A stretch of DNA of 64,000 nucleotides, taken from NCBI GenBank assembly GCA_964476155.1, contig CAYYYS010000003.1, positions 52,489 through 116,488 of the forward strand. Reading direction: 5' to 3'. The notes beneath the pieces were generated by a model. That model saw nothing but the letters and a program-made list of their open reading frames with translations. It did no database searches and was not told where the DNA came from. This stretch comes from an uncultured Fibrobacteraceae bacterium. Lineage in GTDB: Bacteria; Krumholzibacteriota; Krumholzibacteriia; LZORAL124-64-63. Below, in pieces: positions 17,569 through 26,600 of this stretch (its first letter is position 1; every line of letters starts with the position of its first letter). The translations under genes were made by a program, and so were the position numbers.

Positions 17569-19935
17569 TCAGTCCTCCCCCTGGGCCGCTACCGCCGCGT
17601 CGGTCACCGATCCCAGCGGCTGTGGGCCTCGGCCCAGGCGCTGCAAATAGGCGATCAGGGCGGTCAGCTTGCTGTCCGGGTCCACCAGTAGATCCTGGTC
17701 GGCCAGATCGTCGGAGATGAGCCGTCCCTGGGCGAGTGCGGTCTCGTTCGCCGCCGCGATCAGCTCGTTGCTGTAGGGCACGCCGATGGTGCGCAGCACT
17801 TCCATCTTCTTGGCCGTACCGGCGAAATTCACCTTCTGGTCCTTCAGATGGGGGTACATGGGCATATTGGAGCCCGGCGAGGTGTTGCGCGGGTCCATCA
17901 TGTGCAGGTAGTGCCAGAGGTTGGCGTACCGGCCGCCGACCCTGTGCAGGTCGGGTCCCGTGCGCTTTGACCCCCACTGGAAGGGCGTATCGTAGATGAA
18001 CTCCTCCGCTCGCGAGTACGCGCCGTAGCGCAACGTCTCGTGTCGGAAGTATCGGATCATCTGGCTGTGACAGACGTAGCAGCCCTCGCTGACATAGATG
18101 TCGCGGCCCTCGAGTTCAAGGGGACTGTAGGGCATCTGCACAAAGACGTATTCGCCCGTGGCGGCGTATACCGAATCGGCATAGGCCACCTGCTGGGGCA
18201 CGTCCTTCTTGGCGATCACCATCGGAATGATTTCTACCATGCCGCCGACCAGAATGGCCAGGAGCACCAGTACGGAGAAGGCTACCGAATGGCCCTCCAC
18301 CAGCTCGTGCCAACCCTTGCCGCTGCGCTTGACTCCGACGGCCATGGTCGCCGAGATGGTCACGATGATGAAGCCGGCCACTGCCAGCGCGCTACCCAGT
18401 ACACCGGTGGCGAAAAGCACCAACGAGAGCAGGATCAGGATCGTCGAGTAGACGACCGGGGCGCCGCTTATCAGCCTCCAGAATCCGGGCCCACCCTTCT
18501 CATAGCTCTGTACATCGATCTCCACGTTGTGGGCCTTGCCGCTGCGGATCGTCGCCCAGAGGTTGACCACCATCATGAGGGCGCCGATGAGATAGACCGT
18601 GCCGCCGAACAGGCGCGTATGGTACATCATCTTCGAGGCCAATAGACCCTCGATGAAGTCGGGGTACTTGAGGAAGGCGTCGGCGTCCAGCGCCCGCCAG
18701 AATAGGCCCTGGCTCACACCGGAGATCCACATGGAGACGAGGTAGAGCATGATGCCCAGAGTGCCGATCCAGAAGTGGGCCTCGGCCCATTTCACCGACC
18801 AGAGCTTGGTCTTCCATAGGCGCGGCACCATCCAATAGAGCATGCCGAAGGTCATGAAACCGTTCCAGCCCAGGACACCGCCGTGGACGTGACCGATGAT
18901 CCAGTCCGTGTAGTGCCCCAGGGCACTGACGCTTTTGATGGACAGCAGCGGTCCCTCGAAGGTCGACATGCCGTAGAAGGTCACCGCGACGATGTAGAAC
19001 TTGATGACCGGGTCGGTGCGCAGCTTGTCCCAGGCACCGCGCAGGGTCAGTAGACCGTTGAGCATGCCGCCCCAGGAGGGCGCCCACAGCATGATGCTGA
19101 AGATCATGCCCATGGTCTGGGCCCAATCCGGCAGAGCCGTGTACAGCAGATGGTGCGGTCCGGCCCAGATATAGAGGAAGATCAGGGACCAGAAGTGCAC
19201 GATGGAAAGGCGGTACGAATAGACCGGCCGCCCCGCCGCCTTGGGCAGGAAGTAATACATGATGCCCAGAATCGGTGTCGTCAAAAAGAAGGCCACGGCG
19301 TTGTGGCCGTACCACCACTGGACCAGCGCATCCTGCACGCCCGTGAATATCGAGTAGCTGTGGGTCCAACTCGTGGGAATCTGCAGGTTGTTGACGATGT
19401 AGAGCACCGCAATGGTTACGATCGTGGCTATGTAGAACCAGATGGCGACATAGAGATTGCGCTCGTTGCGTTTTCCCAGGGTCCAGAAGAAGTTCACGGC
19501 GAAGACGACCCAGATCAGCACGACGGCGATGTCGATGGGCCAGATCAGCTCCGCGTATTCCTTGCTCTGGGTGAGCCCGAGCGGGTAGGTCACCGCGGCG
19601 GCGACAATGATGAGCTGCCAGCCCCAGAAATGGATCCAGCTGAGAGCATCCGAAGCGAGCCGCGTCTTGAGAAGACGCTGGGTCGAATAATAGATGCCGG
19701 CGAAAATCATATTGCCCACGAACGCGAATATGGCCGCGTTGGTGTGCAGCTGGCGTAATCGTCCGAACGATGTCCACTGCAGGTTGAGGTTCGCCTGCCA
19801 GAAAGACAACTGGGTCGCAACTATCACACCAACGAGCAATCCCACCACAGCCCACAAAATGGTCGCGATGGAAAAGGCCCGCACGATTCCGTCATCGTAA
19901 ACGATGTGTTTGGTCTCGGGAGTCGCGGTTTGCAT
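17569..19935 (-). CDS. ccoNO: cbb3-type cytochrome c oxidase subunits I and II fused (CcoN-CcoO)
   Basis: 788 aa. The N-terminal 12-TM heme-copper oxidase domain shows the WWYGHNAV and HHLLYT His ligands. The C-terminal CcoO-like domain carries CYVCHS heme c and MPMYPH. Confidence 0.9.
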   Translation of the reverse strand: MQTATPETKHIVYDDGIVRAFSIATILWAVVGLLVGVIVATQLSFWQANLNLQWTSFGRLRQLHTNAAIFAFVGNMIFAGIYYSTQRLLKTRLASDALSWIHFWGWQLIIVAAAVTYPLGLTQSKEYAELIWPIDIAVVLIWVVFAVNFFWTLGKRNERNLYVAIWFYIATIVTIAVLYIVNNLQIPTSWTHSYSIFTGVQDALVQWWYGHNAVAFFLTTPILGIMYYFLPKAAGRPVYSYRLSIVHFWSLIFLYIWAGPHHLLYTALPDWAQTMGMIFSIMLWAPSWGGMLNGLLTLRGAWDKLRTDPVIKFYIVAVTFYGMSTFEGPLLSIKSVSALGHYTDWIIGHVHGGVLGWNGFMTFGMLYWMVPRLWKTKLWSVKWAEAHFWIGTLGIMLYLVSMWISGVSQGLFWRALDADAFLKYPDFIEGLLASKMMYHTRLFGGTVYLIGALMMVVNLWATIRSGKAHNVEIDVQSYEKGGPGFWRLISGAPVVYSTILILLSLVLFATGVLGSALAVAGFIIVTISATMAVGVKRSGKGWHELVEGHSVAFSVLVLLAILVGGMVEIIPMVIAKKDVPQQVAYADSVYAATGEYVFVQMPYSPLELEGRDIYVSEGCYVCHSQMIRYFRHETLRYGAYSRAEEFIYDTPFQWGSKRTGPDLHRVGGRYANLWHYLHMMDPRNTSPGSNMPMYPHLKDQKVNFAGTAKKMEVLRTIGVPYSNELIAAANETALAQGRLISDDLADQDLLVDPDSKLTALIAYLQRLGRGPQPLGSVTDAAVAAQGED

Positions 19936-19961
19936 GATTATGCCGAGCCTCCTCTCCTGGG

Positions 19962-20162
19962 TTAGGGGTTCTTCGGATCCTCATTATCAAGACTATCGTC
20001 TTCGAGTTCCTGTTCGTCGACAGAGTCGTCGTCATCCAGGGGCAGCAGTGAAAGACGATCGCCATGTTCGAAGTCGCCGCTCTTGAGGCGCCAAACGAAC
20101 AACACCAGCCCACCGGCGACCAGGATCAGGCTGACGAAGATCGTCGCGGTCAGGACATCCAT
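19962..20162 (-). CDS. ccoS: cbb3-type cytochrome oxidase assembly protein CcoS
   Basis: MDVLTATIFVSLILVAGGLVLFVWRLKSGDFEHGD...DDDD: one TM helix plus an acidic tail, typical of CcoS/FixS. Confidence 0.7.
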   Translation of the reverse strand: MDVLTATIFVSLILVAGGLVLFVWRLKSGDFEHGDRLSLLPLDDDDSVDEQELEDDSLDNEDPKNP

Positions 20163-22597
20163 GCGGACCTCCCGCGTGAGAGCCGCAGGATCGTCAGGCC
20201 CACCACACTCACCGAACTGAGGGGCATCAGCACCGCGGCGACGACCGGCGTGACCAGGCCGCCGAGGCAGAGCCCCACCGCGCCCAGGTTGTAGATCGCC
20301 GCAAAAACCAGATTGCCGTGCTGCACGGTACGGAGTTTTCGAGCCGCGGAGAGAGCGCGCCGGACCGCCGATACGCCGTCACCGAGGTAGTAGAAATCCG
20401 CCTTGTGCGGTAGCACGGCACGATCGATGGCCGGGGTCGCCGCGCACCAGGCGCGATCGAAACTGGGACTGTCGTTGAGGCCGTCGCCGACCATCAACGT
20501 ATCCTCATCATCCAGTTCCACGACCATCTCTGCTTTGGTTTCGGGCGTGAGTCCCCCTCGCACCCGATCGGCTTGCAGGCCCAGCCGGTCGGCAATCTGT
20601 TCCACGCGCGCCAATTCGTCTCCGCTGAGCAGGTGCACTTCATAGCCGCTGTCCAGCAGACGCGCCACCTCGTCGGCAGCATCGTGTTTCAAATCTTCGA
20701 TGCAGCTTATACTTATTATCCGGCGTCCGTCCAGACTAAAAAAGGATGATCCTGGTATAGGTTGTCCCCCTGACTCGTCTGGTACCGCGAAAGCGAGCCG
20801 TCCCAGCCGCCACTCCCCGCGTTCGTTGGTCCAAACGAGCCCCTGGCCACTGACTTCGCGGACTTCATCGGCTTGGCTGTCGAGATCGATGTCCTGCATT
20901 TCCGCCAGGGCCTCGGCCACACAGCGGCTGACCGGATGGTTGCTGCGGCTGGACATATTCCGGAGAACGATGCGGTCGGCGGCGGATAGAGCCCGCAGAT
21001 CGCGGCGGGTACGATCGTCCAGTGTCAAACGGCCATGGGTCAGGGTACCGGTCTTGTCGAAGAGGACCTTGCGGACCTGCCGGGCCTTGTCCAAAAAGTC
21101 GGCACTGCGCAGCAGGACACCGTGCCGACGCAGGGCCACATGGACCAATTCACGAGCCAGGGGCACCGCCAAGCCAAGGGCGCAGGGACAGGTCACAATC
21201 AGCACCGCCACGGACACCTCGATGGCTTTACGCGTGTCCGTTGCCGACCAGACGGCAAAACCCACCGCGGCCAGGGTGATGACCGTGATCACATAGATGG
21301 TCGACACCCGATGCCACCAGTTGCGTCCGACCGCACGCTCGGCGCCACCGACGCGCAAGAGATCGTGCAGACGGGAGTCGGAGAAGTCCTCGACAACCGC
21401 GGCGCGGAATCCGTACTCGCCGGCGTTGAAGGCTCCCGCCGGCACCTTGTCGCCGGGAGCGCGCGTCCGGGTCTCCGATTCTCCGGTGATCCAGTCCAGT
21501 GAAATCAGGGCCTCGCGTTGCAGCAGAATACCGTCCACGGGCATCAGATCACCCGGCGCTATCCACAACTCGTCACCCGTCACGATGCGCACCGCCGGCG
21601 TGGCCTCGAACTCGCCGTCCAGTAGGCGCCGCGCGTAGAGGTCGGCAATTCCGCCCGATTCGAGCAGGGCGTTGCGGTTCTTTTCCAGCACCCACTCCTG
21701 CAGCCAGCGCCCGACCAGCATAAGGGCCACGAAGATGCTGATGGTGTCGAAGTAGGCGGCCTCGGGTCCTTCGCTCAGGTACGCGACCACAGAGCCGCCG
21801 TAGCCCAGCAGCATGCCCAGGGCGATGGGTAAATCCAGATGGACGACACCGCGACGCAGACCGTGCCAGGCGGCGGAAATAAAGGGCCAGCCGCCGAAGG
21901 CCACCACCAGGCCCGCCAATATCAGACCGAGGCGTCCGAACAGGATATAGGCCGGACCACTCTCCTCGGGCGACAACCCAAAGTAGTAGCCGAGGCTGTA
22001 CATCATCACGTTCAGGGCGACCGCGATGGTGATCCCCATGCGAATCTGGAGCGAGCGCGACGCCCGGTGGCGTGACTTGCGGGGCGGGCCGAAGCGGTAG
22101 CCGAAACGCTCCGCCTCGGCAAAGTACAACCCGAGTTCGCCGGCGTTCGTGTCCCAGACGAGATCCACGGTGCCCAGGGCGGGATTGATCGTCAGCGCGC
22201 GTCCCCCGGTATGCCGCGCAAAGAGTTGTTCGAGCAGCCAGACACAGGCCGCACAGTGCACGCCCTGCAGGTCGAGTCGCAGACGAACGATGCCGCCACC
22301 CATATCCATGTCCGGGTCGGCCAGCATCATCTCCAGCCAGGCCAGGTTGTCGGGTCGCAGATCCGCCGGCGGCGCGATGGTGTCGCAGCGCAGGTCGTAG
22401 AAGCGCTCGAGTCCGGTCTTGTTGATGAGTTCGTAGACGGTGCGACACCCCTGGCAGCAGAAAGGGCCGGCGGCGGGATCATGGGTCTTGTCGAGGTCGA
22501 GGCCGCAGTGGATACACTTGCCGGGCATGACGCGTGCAGCGTCCGCATAGGGAAACGTCGGCTCCGGCCGGGGCTGTTGAGAATCCGGGCTACCCAT
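20150..22597 (-). CDS. ccoI: heavy-metal (copper)-translocating P-type ATPase CcoI/FixI
   Basis: An N-terminal Zn-ribbon-like CIHCG...CCQGC is followed by TGES, the CPC motif (IVTCPCALG), DKTGTLT and GDGLND. The start is probably the Met at 22597 (AGGAA SD). The 5' in-frame extension to 23305 overlaps the upstream gene and is an artifact. Confidence 0.85.
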   Translation of the reverse strand: MGSPDSQQPRPEPTFPYADAARVMPGKCIHCGLDLDKTHDPAAGPFCCQGCRTVYELINKTGLERFYDLRCDTIAPPADLRPDNLAWLEMMLADPDMDMGGGIVRLRLDLQGVHCAACVWLLEQLFARHTGGRALTINPALGTVDLVWDTNAGELGLYFAEAERFGYRFGPPRKSRHRASRSLQIRMGITIAVALNVMMYSLGYYFGLSPEESGPAYILFGRLGLILAGLVVAFGGWPFISAAWHGLRRGVVHLDLPIALGMLLGYGGSVVAYLSEGPEAAYFDTISIFVALMLVGRWLQEWVLEKNRNALLESGGIADLYARRLLDGEFEATPAVRIVTGDELWIAPGDLMPVDGILLQREALISLDWITGESETRTRAPGDKVPAGAFNAGEYGFRAAVVEDFSDSRLHDLLRVGGAERAVGRNWWHRVSTIYVITVITLAAVGFAVWSATDTRKAIEVSVAVLIVTCPCALGLAVPLARELVHVALRRHGVLLRSADFLDKARQVRKVLFDKTGTLTHGRLTLDDRTRRDLRALSAADRIVLRNMSSRSNHPVSRCVAEALAEMQDIDLDSQADEVREVSGQGLVWTNERGEWRLGRLAFAVPDESGGQPIPGSSFFSLDGRRIISISCIEDLKHDAADEVARLLDSGYEVHLLSGDELARVEQIADRLGLQADRVRGGLTPETKAEMVVELDDEDTLMVGDGLNDSPSFDRAWCAATPAIDRAVLPHKADFYYLGDGVSAVRRALSAARKLRTVQHGNLVFAAIYNLGAVGLCLGGLVTPVVAAVLMPLSSVSVVGLTILRLSRGRSAWMS

Positions 22598-22656
22598 GTC
22601 GATTCCTGTCCCGTCTGCAGAGGATCCGTTTCCCAGATGCCGCACGCGCCGGCAAT

Positions 22657-23375
22657 CTACCAGATCACGACTTCCCCGTAACGAAGGTGCCCCACCAGGC
22701 TCCAGGCCGCGAGCCCGCGCAGGATCAGTTGCAGGGCCATGGCCAGCACCAGGACCGCGCCCAACCGATTGAAGAACCGGCGTCGCGTGGCACTCAGTTT
22801 GGCGGCGCCGAGACCCAGCGCCAGCAATACCGGGACGGTTCCCAGGCCAAAGAAGAGCATGGCCAGGGCACCTTTGCCCGGGCTGCCGGTGGCGGCCGAG
22901 GTCATGGCCACCGTGTAGACGGGACCGCAGGGCAGGAAACCGTTGGCCAGACCCAGAGCCCAGCGGGCGGGCATGCTTCGGGCGGAAAGCAGCCTCTGCA
23001 GACGGCCGGCCACCAGGCCCTGGACACGGCCGCTCTCGAGCCAGCGCTGGGTCGGCAACCAGCCGAGCAGGCCGATGCCGAGAAGCAGCATGAAGACACC
23101 GACCAGGATCGACAGACCGCCCTGGATCGTCTTGCCGTCGCTGGTCAGAAGCGTCGCCGAGCCGAGCAGGCCGAGGACGGCGCCAATGAACATGTAACCG
23201 GAGAGTCGCCCCAGATGGTAGATCAGCAGGCGCAGGAAGAGGGTGATCGAACCGGCCCCGTCGGCGCGTTGCGACACCGAGACGGCCCCGACCAAGGGGC
23301 CGCACATACCCACGCAGTGACCGAGGCTGATGGCTATTCCCGTACCGGCCAGCAGAGCAAAGGTAAAGGGCATTG
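22657..23375 (-). CDS. TauE/SafE-like (DsbD_2-type) membrane protein associated with the cco cluster
   Basis: ~239 aa, 6-7 TM helices with an HCVGMCGP motif. Proteins of this kind are commonly annotated as sulfite exporter TauE/SafE family next to ccoI/ccoS. The family assignment comes from motif memory only. Confidence 0.5.
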
Positions 23376-23608
23376 TCGTTTCGGCGCCACCGCAGCAGTC
23401 CACGTTGTCTTCCTTTCCATGGTCATCAGAATTACAGACTCTTTTGCTCAGGTTACCCCAGGGCAAAAGCACGCGCAACACGTATTGCGATCGGAAGTTA
23501 GCAAGACTGACTTGAAGTGGACAGAGCCACGCTTTCCTGTTCCCGCGCCGCAGGTGTTGCTCTAGTATCGGCATAGCATCATCCTGACCACAAACCAACG
23601 GTGAGACC

Positions 23609-26600
23609 ATGACGACAGACGGAACACATCTGACGAGCGACTTGGCGGCCTGGCGCGACGGCGAGGCCGATCCCGCCTCGGCGGCAACCCTCCTGGATAC
23701 CTACAGTCACCATCTGGAAACGGATGCTCTGGACGAGGGCGTTTGGCGCGCGTTCCTGGAAATCACCCGCGAACCCGACTTCCTGGAGGCCCTCCCCGAC
23801 GACGACGCCCGTCGCCGCTGGGCGGACCTGGCCATCGGTGTGGTCCGGCGCACGGGCTTCACGTTGGCAGATCTGCTCGACCAGCGGGTGGCGGCTCATC
23901 CCTCGCGCATCTGGCTGCGGGAGAGCCCTCTGACCGACGGCTCCGAGTGGAGTTACGATCGTGTCCGCACGAAGGCGCGCACCTACGCCGCCGCGTTCCT
24001 GGGCACCGGGCCGTTGCCTCGCGTGGCCCTGCTCACACCCAACACGGCACGCGGCGCTTTCTGCGATCTGGCCTGCCTGCTCCACGGTATCCTGGTTACG
24101 CCCCTGTCTCCCCAAACCGACGCCGAGACCATCGCCTGGATCTGCGACACCCTCGGCGTGACCGTCATCGTCAGCGGCGGCGCGGAGCAGGCGGTTACGG
24201 CCACGGCGGCCATCAAGGCGGCCGACATCGACATCGTCCACCTCGTCCTGGAGGATCAGGCTCCCGCCGGCTGCGACGCGCGTCCCCTGGAAGCCCTGTG
24301 CGCGACCTTGACCCAATCGGACATCGACAATGCCCTGGCGGCTCAGCCCCGCTTCGGGCTGGACGACGTGGCCACGGTGATGTTCACCTCCGGCAGTACC
24401 GGCCGGCCCAAGGGCGTGGAGTTCTCCCTCTACAACCTGGTCAGCAAGCGCTTCGCGCGCGCCGCGGCCCTGCCGTCGGTGGGTCGCGACGAGGTCATGC
24501 TCTGCTTCCTGCCGCTCTTCCATACCTTCGGCCGCTACCTGGAACTGCTGGGCTCCATGTTCTGGGGCGGCGCGTACGTCTTCGTGGGCAACAACTCCCG
24601 CGCCACGCTGCTGACGCTGCTGCAACGGGTCCAACCCACCGGATTGATCAGCATCCCCCTGCGCTGGGCCCAGATCCAGGAGAGCTGTCTGAACCACATG
24701 GAGGATCAGGGCGCCGGCAAGCTGTCGGACGAGGACTTCCGCGCGGTGGCCGGTGGAAACCTGCGGTGGGGGCTGTCGGCGGCCGGCTATCTCGAACCGC
24801 GGATCTTCCGCTTCTTTCAGCGCCACGGCGTGGACCTGTGCAGCGGTTTCGGCATGACCGAAGCCACCGGCGGCATCACCATGACGCCCCCGGGCGACTA
24901 CCTGGACGATTCGGTGGGCAAGCCCCTGCCGGGCGTGAACGTACGTCTGACCGAACAGGGCGAGATGCAGATCTCGGGCCCCTACATCGCCAGTTACCTG
25001 GACCAGGAAGGCCACCCCGGCGACGGGAGCTGGCTGTCGACGGGCGATCTGTTCGCGCGTCACGAGAACGGTCACCTGGAGATCGTCGACCGCATCAAGG
25101 ACATCTACAAGAATTCCCGCGGCCAGACCATTGCGCCACGACGCGTGGAGCAGCGCTATGTCGAGGTGCCGGGCATCAAGCGTGTTTTCCTGGTCGGCGA
25201 CCATCGCGCGGACAACGTGCTGCTCATCGTGCCCGATCCCGAGGATCCGGTCCTGCAGGGAGATCCCGCGGGCAAAGAGACGCGCGACTACTTCCACCGC
25301 ATCGTGACCGCCGCCAACCGCGACCTGTCCTCGTTCGAGCGCGTCGTCAACTTCGCGGTGCTCGATCGCGACTTCAGCGAGGAGCGAGGCGAACTCACAC
25401 CCAAGGGTTCGTTCCGGCGCAAGACCATCGAGACGAACTTCCAGGACGTCGTGGACGATCTGTACCTGAGCGACAACGTGGATCTGCAGGTGAACAGCCT
25501 CACCCTGCGTGTGCCTCGCTGGTTTTTCCGCGATCTCAGCATCCTGGAGACCGACATCACGGCGGGATCGAAACATCTGCGAAACGTGGTCAACGGTTAC
25601 GAACTCGAAGTGGAACGGGTGGACGAGTCCTTCGTGCGGGTCGGCGACCTGCTCTACGAACTGCCCGGAGACACGGTCGACCTCGGCCGCCTGTCCCGTC
25701 AGCCCGGACTGTGGGCCGGCAACCCCCAATTGGCGGCCTTCTGCCCGGTCCGCGACGGTTGGGATACGCCCTACGCGCCCTTCACGCCCCATGTGTACCT
25801 GCCCTGGCGAAGCGAGAGCGGCGAGCCGTCCGATCCGGGCGCCCTGCCCCCCATGAGCGACCACCGGCTACCGCGCATCCACGATCTGTGTCGCAAGGCC
25901 CTGCTCGGGGTCGGCGAGTACGCCTTGAAGGCCGTGGTCGAGTTGGAAAAATCCCTGGCCATCGCCGATCACCGGACAGCCGAACTTATTCGGCGGCGAG
26001 TGGAAGCCCTGTCGCGCCATCCCGAGATGGACATCCGCTGCTATGCCTACCGCACGCTGGTGCTGGACGAACCATCACCCGACTTCAGCGAGTTGCGGCC
26101 CAAGTTCATCAGCTCCGGTCTACCGTTCCTGGACGCCAAGACCATCACGACGATTACCCGTGAGGGCATGGAGGGCCGCCGTCTGGATGCCTTCCGGCGT
26201 CGTCTGCACGCCTACCGCCTGCACCTGACCTGGCCGGGCGACGACCTGGTCCATTCCCAGTTCGAGAGCATCTTCACCATGCTGGCCGAGTTCGTGCGGC
26301 TTCATCCGGGCTACTACCGGGTGGTCCGCGACGAACTCGTGAGCTGGATCCTGCTGCGCGAGGATCCGGTGATCGCGGACCTGGCCGAACGCACGACCCT
26401 GGAACTCGGCAACTGGTACGAGGACTGGCTGGCCGGGACGCAGCCGTATCATGGCGAAGCCGTGTGGGAGCAGAAGATCCTCTTCCAGGACGGCTTGTCC
26501 CAAACGGAGATCACGCGTCTCGAGGAGACGCTAGCGGGCACGACCTTCCTGGAGCAGTCGGTCCGGCTGACCACCGGCGGCGAGATCCTGGATATGCGCG

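Noticed and set aside
22598-23305. 260-aa in-frame N-terminal extension of the ccoI ORF
   Set aside because: It overlaps the TauE-like gene in another frame, is Arg/Pro/Gly-rich, and an internal Met at 22597 has an AGGAA SD and begins the CcoI Zn-ribbon. The extension is not coding.
23376-23608. Near-palindrome GCAACACGTATTGC, and a search for an FNR/FixK box (TTGAT-N4-ATCAA), in the divergent promoter region between the cco operon and the ACS-GNAT gene
   Set aside because: No FNR/FixK-type box is present. The near-palindrome is only 12/14 symmetric and matches no known regulator consensus I can name, so it is a curiosity only.
23743-26163. 806-aa ORF in an alternative plus-strand frame, fully inside the giant ACS-GNAT gene
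   Set aside because: Extremely R/P/G-rich with no motifs. This is a typical high-GC alternative-frame artifact, whereas the overlapping frame has clear ANL and GNAT motifs.
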